A stretch of 64,000 bases of DNA from Lytechinus pictus (lineage: Eukaryota): positions 24,304,001 through 24,368,000 of the forward strand of contig NC_087247.1 of assembly GCF_037042905.1 (NCBI RefSeq), read 5' to 3'. This document shows positions 11,701 through 23,070 of this stretch, in pieces. The position numbers were made by a program, and so were the translations under genes. The notes below the pieces were generated by a model. It was not told the origin of the DNA and searched no databases. It worked only from the letters and a program-made list of their open reading frames with translations. How positions within the stretch are numbered: the stretch's first letter is position 1; each line of letters starts with the position of its first letter.

Positions 11701-12537
11701 ATACCGTTGAATTTCACCTGGAGCAAATGTCTCCACTTCGGAGCATATTTCGCCAGTCTGAGCGATTTTGACGCTAAGAATGGGGTATGTCTAATTTGTT
11801 TCTACTGTTATAACATGGAGCTATATGGTTATAATAATTACATGAAAACGCGTTTTTTTTTTTTTTATCGCCAGGCACGTAATAAAACTTACACAAATGC
11901 TCCCCCCCCCCCCCCATCATGAATAAGCATTAAGAATATCTATCCCTCCTTTGTGCTTACCCCTTTTTTTCTATTTCTTTCTATATGCATGTATCAGGGG
12001 CCGCGGAGCCGGGGGGCTTTAGCCCCCCAATTTTCCAAAGCCGTGTACAAAAAACGTAAGAATGACCATATGATTGTGATTTTTAGCATGGACAGCCCTC
12101 ACTTTGAAAACCGTTCCGCGGCCCCTGTGTATGACATTTAATATATCATGCAAGCATAGTTTAAGTTTACTTTGTAAATTCATGGAGCTATATGCTCCAT
12201 GGTAAATTGACGCCTTCAGCCTGTGCTAAAATTGTTATGCGTATGAAAGTACGAATAAAAAAATAAATAAATAATTGTCGCATTATCGGAGCAATTTACG
12301 GCGGAGCAGATGTCGGCGGAGCAATTATCGGCGGAGCAATTGTCGTATAATCGGAGCAGATGTCGGCGGAGCAAATATCGGCGGAGCAATTGTCGGCGGA
12401 GCAATTTTCGGCGGAGCAGATGTCGGCGGAGCAAATATCGGCGGAGCAAATATCGGCGGAGCAAGTGTCGACGGAGCACATATCGGCGGAGCAAGTGTCG
12501 ACGGAGCAACTGTCGGCGGAGCAACTGTCATGGAACC
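8718..12537. mobile_element. TU-type foldback transposon with 15-bp tandem-repeat inverted arms
   Basis: Left arm 8718-9076 is (GACAATTGCTCCGCC)n; right arm 12273-12537 is its reverse complement; termini GGT...ACC; perfect 8-bp TSD ACAAAAAG at 8710-8717 and 12538-12545; no transposase ORF inside. Confidence 0.88.
11995..12127. mobile_element. Short hAT-like MITE nested in the foldback element
   Basis: TIR CAGGGGCCGCGGA...TCCGCGGCCCCTG; TSD not clean. Confidence 0.5.
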
Positions 12538-12545
12538 ACAAAAAG

Positions 12546-13260
12546 TGCTTATAATATCCAGTTCTTAGGCCGGATTATTAACAATTTCAGCTCGCGTTTC
12601 GTGCTCACATAACTGTTTAGGTATATTCATCCTGTTAATAGTTAAATGAAGTGCTTAGAATGTCCGGTTTTTAGGTCGGAATATAAAAAATCAAAAATAT
12701 CAAAAATATATCATTAGAAACAAATTTGTTCACGGTTACACAAATTGCTTAGATCGAATATCAAGTTCTTTGGTCGGAATATCAAAAATTTCAGCTCGAG
12801 CTTCGCACTGGCATAAAATTCCACCCTGTTCATAATTAAATGAAGTGCTTAGAATGTAAAGTTTTCAGGTCGAAATATCAAAGATTTTCTTATCGCGCTT
12901 CGCGCTCACACCAATTAATTGTTTTTGACTACCATCTTGTTCATAGTAAAAAAAAAAAGAAAAAGGTGCTTAGAATGTCCAATTTTCAGGGGGGAATATC
13001 TAAAATTTTCAGCTCGCTCTTTGCGCTCGCACCAATTAAATATTCAGTTAGAAACCATTTTGTTCATGGTTACTAAAAGTTTTAGCTCGCGCTTCGCGCT
13101 CGCACGACTGTTTAGATACCCATCATGTAAAACTGTTTAGAATGTCTAGTGTCCAGATAGGAATATCAAAATGTTTAGCTCGCGCTTCGCGCTCGCATAA
13201 TTTGTTAAAGAACCCATCCTATTTATAATTAAGTGCACAAAATGTATCACTTCGAAAATT
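12546..13260 (+). repeat. Degenerate tandem repeat containing GCTCGCGCTTCGCGCTCGC (host of the foldback insertion)
   Basis: Several units with AAATTTCAGCTCGCGCTTCGCGCTCGCA and AAGTGCTTAGAATGTCC. It continues on the other side of the foldback at about 8615-8717, and related units lie at about 55060 and 55440. Confidence 0.7.
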
Positions 13261-14860
13261 TTCTCCGGCCCCAAAGTTTCAACGTAAAAAAAATTAAGGG
13301 TTTTGAATGCCATTGACATCAAAATCCCCATTCCGTGCCATATTCTTTACATTATGGGCTTGATACATTCAATGGTTGCTCTTGAAAGTTTTCGTTCTTT
13401 TAACACAAGATAACTCACTCGCCTTTATGGATAAACGAAACGCAGAAACCACTTTCCTGATTACCGTTGTCTGTACAGCCCACTTTATCGATCGTGAAGT
13501 GGAATCACATGTCCTCGGGTTCATCCATAAAATCCATTGGGGCATGATGGGTGTTATATGCATAGAATAGATGAAAATAATGATTATGAAAATCATTCTC
13601 AAGCATTATGAAAGTGTTGTTGCTGCTTGGTTAGTTTAAGGCTACCCACGATATGCCATTTTCATTGTATTGAATAGACTAACATTTTAAATTCCCCTCC
13701 TCTCCCCTGTTCGTCCATGCACACGTCACCATTATTGATCTCTCATCTCTCTCTTAAATTCCTCTTCATTTTCTTTTCTTTACATGACGAGCTAACATGA
13801 AAACTTGGACTAAATCCATGTTTTATCATTTGGCATTTTCGGGCATGTTTAAATAGACATTCACCATGTGCATCAAACTGACTTAGGTCCAACTATCAAA
13901 ACTTTCCCGAAAAGATGTCTTTTATTTTATATGAATTTAGGGATTTAGTGTCTTTTGCATGAAAATTGCCTAGGGTTAACAGTTCTCTCTAATTCCCTTA
14001 ACCTTCATTATTGTCAGTCTAGGTTTACTGTTCTGTTTGCTTGTGTTTACTAGTTACATGTATAACCTTTTCCTGATATAGCAACAACTTGAAATTTATT
14101 TCTATGAAAAAGGGACTAAATTCCCAAAATGATAATTTATATGAAAAATCATGTAAAATAAAACACACACCTACATGATGTTTTTAATTGTCATTTTTGT
14201 TACCTGTATTGATGACTCTTAAACATAGTGGAATAATTAACTTCCTGAATGGAAACAGATTTGGGTGAAACAAAAACGAAGATTTATGAAGAATGAGCAA
14301 AAGTGGATTCGCGTTTCCTACTTTAACTAACACCACAGCAAATACAATTTCATTCATATAGGGTTTTATACCTACTGTGTCTATTTCAGTATATGCCCGG
14401 GATCCGCATTCAACAATTATTCCCTTCAAGTGGATTCCTCCTATTTCCTATGAACTATATATAAAAAAAGGATGAGTGAATATGATTTTTCTTGAGCCAT
14501 AATTTTAAAATGCTTTATCAATATTATTTTCATCGTTGATATTTTTTATTTTATTTTATTTTTTATTTTATTTCATTTCCAGGTACACATACTCATAACA
14601 ATAGTCAAATTCATTACAATGAAAATAATCATCATACAACATCCAATATACAATATCAATAAAAAAAAAGAAAAAAAGAAAAAAAAAAGAAAGAAAGAAC
14701 ACCAGCTAATGCCTGGGGATTATCAAAAGAAATCAAGTTTCTGTTAAAAGACTCTCCTCATTAGCTGGTGCTAAAAAAAGAACACTAACATTAAAATACA
14801 GTTAAACCAAATAACAAATAAAAATGACATTTGAAGACATAATTTGCTAATGCAGGTTTA

Positions 14861-14880
14861 GAAGGAAAGAAAGAAAGAAA

Positions 14881-14918
<38 letters not shown>

Positions 14919-14940
14919 AGAAAGAAAGAAAGAAAGAAAA
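14861..14940 (+). repeat. (GAAA)n microsatellite
   Basis: Direct reading. Confidence 0.9.
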
Positions 14941-15345
14941 GGAGAGGAAGAAAAGGAGTAAACAAGAAGGAAAGAAAGAAAACAAAAGCTGGATAAAAGT
15001 GAAAAAGGAGAAATGGTGAAAGCAAAGTAAGAAGAGAGGGTGGGAGCTTGAATGGAAATAGAGAGAGGTAGAATTAGTGTAGAGGGGGGTGAGGTGGCAA
15101 AATTACTGATATGCATTTTTTTTTCTTAAACGATTGATGGCTAGAATGAAGAAACTGCAATGTTTGAATTACACAAAAAAAAATATTGATGATATCTACA
15201 TGTAAGTTTTTAATTGAATTTTGTTTAGATTTATATATTCATTTGTATATTTTGATGGTTTTATTTGAGCATCTCAATTTCACAATCATCACAATAAGGT
15301 ATTTATCCCTCTCGATATAGCATTCTGAATGCATGCGGCATAACA

Positions 15346-15778
15346 GGGTAAATTGCAAATTCGTCTACTGCCAACTCGTCCACTCACCACACACATGGTC
15401 TACCTTCATTCAGTCTAATGCCATTCGATCCGTCCATCAACGTTTCGTCTAAGAAACATTTGGTCCAATAACCATTTCTTGATCCAATCATCACTTCGTC
15501 TAATCACCAGTTTGTCTATGACCATTTCGTCTCATAACCGGTTGGTCTAATATTCGTTCATTTTCATTCATTTTGCCTAATTAACACTTAGTCAAATTAT
15601 ACCAAAATAATGGCCTTTGGACTAAATGGCTATTGGACCAACTTATTTAGACGATATGGTGAGTGGACGAAATGGCAATTGGACCATGTGGAAATTGGAC
15701 GAACTTATGATAGACCAAATGATAGTAGAAGAGTGGGAAATCGGGCAAATTGGCATTAGACCAAATGAAAATAAACCC
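15346..15778. mobile_element. Small degenerate foldback-like MITE with 15-16-bp repeat arms
   Basis: Left half has (TTGGTCTAAT/TTCGTCTA)-type units and right half the complementary (TAGACCAAATG/TGGACGAAATG) units; termini GGGT...ACCC; no clear TSD. Confidence 0.55.
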
Positions 15779-16085
15779 ATTGCCATAAGAGTGGCCCCGA
15801 AAGGGCAACTAATTTCTCAACAGTGGAAGTTGGGTCCAAGTGGAGTTACGACCATTTTTCGTTTAGTACCCCTCTGTTCCTCTCTGTCCATGTAGCAGGG
15901 GAAATCCACTCAAATAAAGTTGATTTTGATAGAAAGAGAAAAATGGAACGAGTAAAACGTTGAAAATGTAATTACTGTCGGATCTAAAATAAGAAAGCTA
16001 TTAGATTTCTCCTATTTTTCACAAAACAGTCTTATGCACAACGCAGGTGAAATGCAATTATTGAGAGGCGACGATATCACTCACT

Positions 16086-16354
16086 CAGGGGCGGATCAAG
16101 GATTTTCCAAAAGGGGGGGGCAAATTTTTCGGAGGAAAATTTTGACAAGCCAAAAAAAAGGTTTTCAACCACAATTAAAGGATATTTCGTACCCGAACAA
16201 ATTTGACAATCAAAATAAAAAAAGGGTCTTCAATTTAATTTCAAAAGAGGAGGCACACCTCTGTTTTAATGGCATATTTACATTACAAATTTCAATTTTG
16301 CTTCTCAAAGGGGAGGGGGCACCCCTGTGCCCCCCCCCCCTGGATCCGTGCCTG
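16086..16354. mobile_element. hAT-like MITE nested in a decayed Kolobok-like MITE
   Basis: Termini CAGGGGCGGATC...GATCCGTGCCTG and 8-bp TSD CACTCACT (16078-16085, 16355-16362). The flanks resemble the 55549-56138 family. Confidence 0.8.
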
Positions 16355-16672
16355 CACTCACTATTCCTTTTTATATTTTACTGTTTGAATTTCATTTTTT
16401 GTTGCAGATTGACAAAAGGGAGACTCCTCATCAATTTATAGCAATGGCAATTCAGGAGAAATGAACTTTGTTTCATATCATAATGGCGAGAAAATGAAAA
16501 TATTTCATATTTCGTATTATGAAATACAAAATCAACACTAAATTCAACGAAAGGGAGTGATAATTTTAACCTAAAACAGGGACATGCTCAGCACTGAATC
16601 ACATTAAAAAAATAATTGCATAGTACTGAATATAAAAGTAAGATAATATGGCTATATGATAAATGTATCTTG

Positions 16673-19012
16673 TCAATATTCTTCCTTTGGATGTTTCTTT
16701 TCCTCCTCCTTTGCCTCTCGGTTGCCGAAATAGTTATAGAATACTACTGCCGGTACCATGATGACGAGACCGCCGAGAACGAACGCCGTGGCGAGATTGA
16801 AAACAGGCTTCCAATGGAACGACGGGTCGGGATTGAAGAGCGTCCAGAATATGGCACCGAGTGGGGTGACGAGAGCCTGGACGATGACAAGATACACGGC
16901 ACCTTCGGCGAAGCGGACGAGGAGGAAGATGAATAGATTGGCGAGACAGTAGCTTATGATGAAGAGGATGGCGTAGAGAACGGCATCGCTGCAGGTTGGG
17001 TACTTCTGACCGTACATGCAGTTAAAGCCATGCTTCAGGTTATCCCAGAATTCCGATGGATTGCTGGCCTGGAAAATCAATAACGATTACCATTATAAAC
17101 ACGAAACTTTTTTTTTCTTACATTATCATTGATAAAGTGATAGAATTCATGGTTATTTCGAAGAAAATAACCCGGGGGAATCCAGTCAACAGTGTTCTCT
17201 CTCTCTCTCTCATTATTTTTTTCTCTCTCATTCTCTCTATATGCGTTGCTCTATTTTATAGGTCCTTATTGTCACGATTGTATTCATTGATCGAACGATA
17301 TTTTCCTTTGTTGCATCATAATAGCAAAATGATCGAAACAATTTCAGGTCTTCATAATGTAAAGTGGATTTCTAATATTAAGATAATGACAGAAAACTTA
17401 TACTTACCGCTCCAAAACCAGGAATAAAATCTGTCCAGAAGAGAAGGCAAATGATTATTGTGCTGTAGAATTGAACCCAAGTCTGGAAAACTAGAGATTG
17501 TGTCTGCGTGTAAAAATAAAAATAAGGGGATAATAATCATTAAGAGAGAAAGGATAGATATTGGTAATGTATAGTGACGAAGTTGAACGCACCCCTTTTC
17601 CTACTTTTTGCCATCGTACCAATTAATGACCAGATTTCTGTAAAGATTGACAATCAATATTAATGTCGCTATAAAGTTAGATGTACAAAATGAAACTGAA
17701 CTGAACTTAAGTGGAATAATGGCGCTGAAAATAAACCATGGAGCATCCAACCTGATCTCGTTTGAGTTCCCTCTCGATGAGTGTGTTGAGGATACCCAAT
17801 GGCAGGAAACCAAGGGCGAACACGAAAGGCCAAAGAACCTGAGCAACACTAGTCCCATGTCCACCACCACCGCCGCCACCTCCGCTACCACTGTCAGGTT
17901 GATCAATGCTGAATATAACTGGCTCAAGAGAGATGAAGAGACCAATCAGGACAATTCCTGTGCATACCAATCGAGCTCGACTTACACCTATAAATGCATA
18001 GACAATAAACGATGATTAAGTACATTACTGAATTGACAAGTGACATGTTTTAGCTAGCTCGATCGCTTCACTCGCTCTTTGCATAATCCAACCCGTCATA
18101 ATTATGTTTAGAACAGTTTTCCTATTTTTGATGAATTTTGATATGACACAAAAAGTTTTTAAATTAAGTCATTAACTTATTTTCGAAAAGGTAGCAGATT
18201 AATTCTGGTGCCCATCGATCTCCTCACTTAGAAAATAAATTAAAAGACAATGGTATATGCCACTAATTCTGCATCGGTGTAAGCTCACTGGCTTATTTTG
18301 TCACACCCTGTCCTGGTAAAAATTATCGATTAAGAGTGACTTCTACATCATGCTGTCAAGATGATGCCTTATTTCAGGATTGTCTTGTGAGATATACTTG
18401 ATCTGTGTAACGGACACTATACTGTTTCCCTATTGTCTATTCACCTTTTCTTAAAATGATGTATCGGGATATTACGGTAAATGGGATAACCGAAGTACCC
18501 AGGATGGCCTGTAGCTGAGGACTCGTTCTCTCGGGATCACTGGCATACACCACCAGAAGACCATTCAGTGAATTCATCCCTCCCACCATAGCCATGACCC
18601 GGTGACTGACCGTCGACTTCAGACTCATCTCGGGATCGATGAGCTTGTTGATGGCCACGAGACCGAGAAAGAAGATGGGGAACCAGAGAGCAGTGAAGAA
18701 AAGAACCGGATACTCGTCCGTCGAGCTCTCCGTCACCATCGACGCCGAAAAGAGCGGAAGTGTGATCGCCATCATTAAGCTGCTCAACACCGTCATGATC
18801 GTGAGAAAGATGTTGAGGACAGTCAATCGTAGTCGACATGAAGATTGACCACGGAACCTGAAGTCGTAGTACTTTGCTGGATTGGCTGCGGGGGCATCTT
18901 GGTATGGTGGTGGTTGGATGTTGATACTGGTCTCATTGGGGCCTGGTTTTTCTCTGAAGAGAACACTCACATCTGTGTCATTTGCCAACAACGGCGCGCT
19001 GTCGTGATCCAT
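16673..19012 (-). CDS. CRT-like (chloroquine resistance transporter family, DMT superfamily) membrane transporter, about 431 aa
   Basis: Coding exons 19012-18445, 17987-17752, 17503-17408, 17068-16673; all GT-AG and in frame (1296 nt including stop). About 10 hydrophobic segments; motifs LNGLLVVYASDPERTSPQLQAILGTSVIPFTV, FWTDFIPGFG and AEGAVYLVIVQALVTPLG are typical of crt-homolog proteins. An upstream acceptor at about 19059 implies a non-coding first exon. Confidence 0.85.
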
Positions 19013-22000
19013 GATTGTATCAGTACTATATTACTCGTTTTAATATTTCACGATTATCTGCATGTTCGGTATAAGGTTGTGAATATGAACGTTAAGGACA
19101 AAAATCAGTAGGCCTACATGCAAAAATATAATGTAATAAAAACAGTGGCATTTTGGCATAGGCTATAGCTGGTTTCATCAGTCCTCGGGGGGGGGGGGGG
19201 TCCGTATCCACTTTCATTCCAAATATATTGAGACAGTGCAATTGTTTGTTTAACCACAACTTTAGATCAAGGGACAATACATTTTCATAGGTACATCATT
19301 GTATAAAATTACCCAAGCAGTTGTTTTAATGATTGATTCAGCTCCAGTTATAAAATTGTGAAGTATTATTATTATTATTTTGCTTCTCTTCTGAGAAAGG
19401 GTCTATGTCGTATAGGCAAAAACCTTCCTTATTCAAGGATGCCCAAATGGGCACAATATTATTTTTGTCATATTTCCCCCCCCCCTATTTTTTGCTGCAA
19501 CTTAATATGATGTTGTGAATATCCAATGATTTTAGCCTAACTTTTAGATGTCTATCTTTCTCCAAAGGATGGGAGCATATAAAAGAAAACCCAACCATCA
19601 GACATTAATGATTCGCAATTATTGGATCATAACTGCGGAAAGTATATAGGTCTAAACGAGAATAAAGGAGCAAGCAACATGAACAAGAAGATTGATAATT
19701 AATTGCAAGTTAAAACGCTAATATCCTTTTCAAACTAAATCAGGGATGGTAAAAATGTAAACTCTTCGAAACTTTCCATTTAACTCACCAAGTTGTACTT
19801 GGAAACCTGGGGGATTCACCCCCCCCCTTGTATTCCTGCATGTATATGCCCCTGACAAAAAAGCACCATGGGACAAAAACAAATCTATGTCGTCGAAAAC
19901 GTAATCTCTCTCAAATGACTCCGGAAGATATCATTATTTGGGTATTAACGAAACTAACATTCTAGATTGGTTTATATTCAACATTTTCTTAAGTGTATTA
20001 TCAATCATTACAACAAAAATTAGCATGAGTTAGATATTACATTATTAGTCAAATGATAACATGGTATATAGACCCGATAGGATAGTCCTCTGTGTGTCTC
20101 ATATTTTGTATACAAATCCTAATTTGAATAAAGAGCATGTGATCTTATTAGAGACGTCATTCTGATAATATCTTGCCCAATGCAGTGTCCCAATATTTTA
20201 AAGCCGCAATTTCTATCTACTCATGTTTCATTATGTGACTGGAATAATTTGGAGACTGGTTTGAATAATAATTGTTTAAATTAATTCAAGTAACTTACAG
20301 CTAGGCCGTCTATATGCACGTTTATTGCCAACTATACTACAATGTTGACTCCGGGAAACCAGTAAACAAAATAATGAACAAAAATAGAAATCAAAATAAA
20401 TACTCACCCAATTGCTTAGTTCGTTTTGATGAATGTATCATAAGGTTTCATGTTAGGCGTATATCATGTGTACTATACACTTTATACAGAAAATAATTTT
20501 CATTACTTTCTATATAAAGAAACCCTTTCTGTAGTTATAGGTCATTAAGTGATCACGAGGAATCAGTATCGTTATATTGCTGCTGCTTTTTTATTACTTT
20601 TCGTTGACTCTGAACGCAGTAATGCAATTGTCCAGTGACTAATGCCCCCCAAGTCAAACAAACAAATCAGTACTTTGAACCTAACTGTACGTACAGTCAG
20701 GTGACTATTATAGTTGCAAGCGAATTTATCCACCCCTCGCATTTTGGTCATCCTTGCGAATCGGGTGATGACATTACTAAAGTAGATAACATATGATTGA
20801 ATCCCGGGGATTGAATCATAAATCAAGGTTTATAAGTCAAGCGTTGCAAAGTCATGTCCGTCGGTTGAAACATTTTGCATACTGTATAAAGTTTTCCTAT
20901 TAAAAGTTTTAGGCTAGCAGTAAAATAGGCCCAAATGAACCCGTTTTTTGTATACAGATCGAGGTCCGTTCTCCATTAACGAAATGGAATAGTGTCATAA
21001 AATGATATGAAATTGGAATATACAACGTGATCATACCCACTTCATTTTATCACCCGGTACCCCAACGCATATAGTAACTGGCCTGGATGAGGTGAGCAAG
21101 GATTGATGGATTGATTTGCGAAAAGCAGGAAGAATTAAGTATAGCACATATATTAAGTATAGAAAGTCGAGATGGCTATATATAGTACAAGGGACAATTC
21201 GCGAAACTGAATGACAAATTGACAATGTTTCAATATCATAAATCATACATAAATTCCATAATGGAAAAAAAATCATTCTCACGTCAATGTTATGTTTCGG
21301 TATGCATTTTACATGGATGGATGGTAAACAAGCCTACGGGGTGATCTAGCTGCCTTAAAACCACTGTTATACCAGTCGAGGGCACATTCACGTTCGATAT
21401 AGAGATATTACATGGGTGGATGATAATTAATAATAGGTGCAGTATAAGAACCACAGAATAGCAGCATGATAAAATAAAACAATAGCGAGTCCCCTGGGAG
21501 CGAGTCATTCTTGTTTAACATGAATTTTACACGATACATGAGAAGATTGCGTATAAGCAGCGGAGAGAGTCGCCTTATTTGCTGCAAATCATACTCGTGT
21601 GATTTCCAAAACTTTATTATTTGTTATATCAGGGTGGGTTTTGTTTTGTCCGATGATTATCTAAGTCAGTGTTAGATAATGAACTTTACATAATAAGTGT
21701 ATATTGACATGTTGCTTTTAAATAAAATATTATTAAGAAGCTTCATAAAACTACAGCACAACAGTTATTTTTTCCCTCTATATAGAAAACTAAATGGCGT
21801 AAAATTTTCGCAGAACTGATTTTTAAGTAAATAAATACAGGTGAGGGTCGTTAAGGGTTAGTTCACCCAAAATAATGAAAAGGTGGTATCAAACAAACTA
21901 TAATGCTGTCAATTTCATTAAAAATGGGTGTGAAATAAGAAAGTTATACATTTTAAAATTCTACTTAATTACAAAAATGGAGTTCGGACATAAACTGGTC

Positions 22001-22350
22001 GGGCATGGCCCTTGGAAGCGGGGGTGTTTAAGCACCCCCAAGATTTTCTCCTTGGGATGCTGCTTGTGTTATTTTTTATAGGCAGCACCCCCTGGAAATC
22101 TAGAAATCCAAAACGACTTACATTTTTTGATGGAAACCTTTTTTTTTTACTTGTCGAATTCTTTTTGGAACAAAACCACCTTCTTTTTGTCGCGATTTTT
22201 ATTTTTATTTATTTTTTTTTTATTGGGGGGGGGGGGGGGGGGGTTGTCAAATTTGAACCAGCACCCCTATAACAAAAACAAAGAAAAAAATCGTTCCCGT
22301 ACAGGGCCCTGTGGTCGGTATGCAAACGGGGGAATCAATGACGTCACTCG

Positions 22351-22606
22351 AATGTTATCAATTTCCAAAGTAAAGTCGAGTCAGTCATATTTATACCGTT
22401 CATTCAGATATACATTCAAATATGATAATGATTAGTACACATAACATGGAGTTCACCGACAACATTTATGCAATTATGCAATGTTATCAATTTCCAAAGT
22501 AAAGTCGAGTAAGTCATATTTATACCGTTCATTCAGATATACATTCAAATATGATAATGATTAGTACACATAACATGGAGTTCACCGACAACATTTATGC
22601 AATTAT
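22351..22606 (+). repeat. Near-perfect tandem duplication, 129-bp period
   Basis: AATGTTATCAATTTCCAAAG...GCAATTAT at 22351 and again at 22480. Confidence 0.9.
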
Positions 22607-22989
22607 AAAAAGATGGGTAACGTCCTATTTTTCCTTTTTTTCTCTCTCTTATATTTGGGCCGCTAATAGGGGGACGCGCCCGCTTCTGCCCCTTAAATCG
22701 GACTAGATGCAATTCTTTCTCATTGCGGCAAGTGTACACATAGAGACATGAGGACGCCAGGATTTTTTATGGGAGTGCGTTAAAATATTGATAAATAGCC
22801 CCGCCATGCAGCATCTGGGCACTTACGGGATTGGTACATTTTGCAGGAATGGCGAAAACTATATGCCATAGACTACGGCACAGTTTCAACTTTCACCCAA
22901 TCGGATGACAGGATTAGAGCAGAAGTGTTAAAAGTTGTGAGGGGGATAGGCATGGCTTATATGGGACAACTTTGTTTTTAAAAAATATA

Positions 22990-23070
22990 TGTAATAGTAA
23001 TAGTTATAACGGTATATTTACCCAGGGTAGCCACTTCAGTTACGAAAATTGTTCTCCCAGCGGGCCCTGC
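22990..23070 (-). mobile_element. SINE/LINE 3'-end fragment with (TTA)-like tail
   Basis: Reverse complement of the motif GAGAACA...TAACTGAAGTGGCTACCCTGGGTAAAT. A plus-strand copy with a (TTA)n tail occurs at about 37255-37320. Confidence 0.5.

Noticed and set aside
14184-14429. ORF with faint fibronectin type III resemblance (GIKPYMNEIVFAV)
   Set aside because: No convincing splice sites or neighbouring exons; similarity too weak.
14791-15116. Phe/Leu/Ser-rich ORFs
   Set aside because: Translations of the (GAAA)n microsatellite; the same applies to 52430-52820 over (GATA)n.
16616-18015. Plus-strand ORFs 16616-16936 and 17647-18015
   Set aside because: Antisense shadows of the CRT-like exons.
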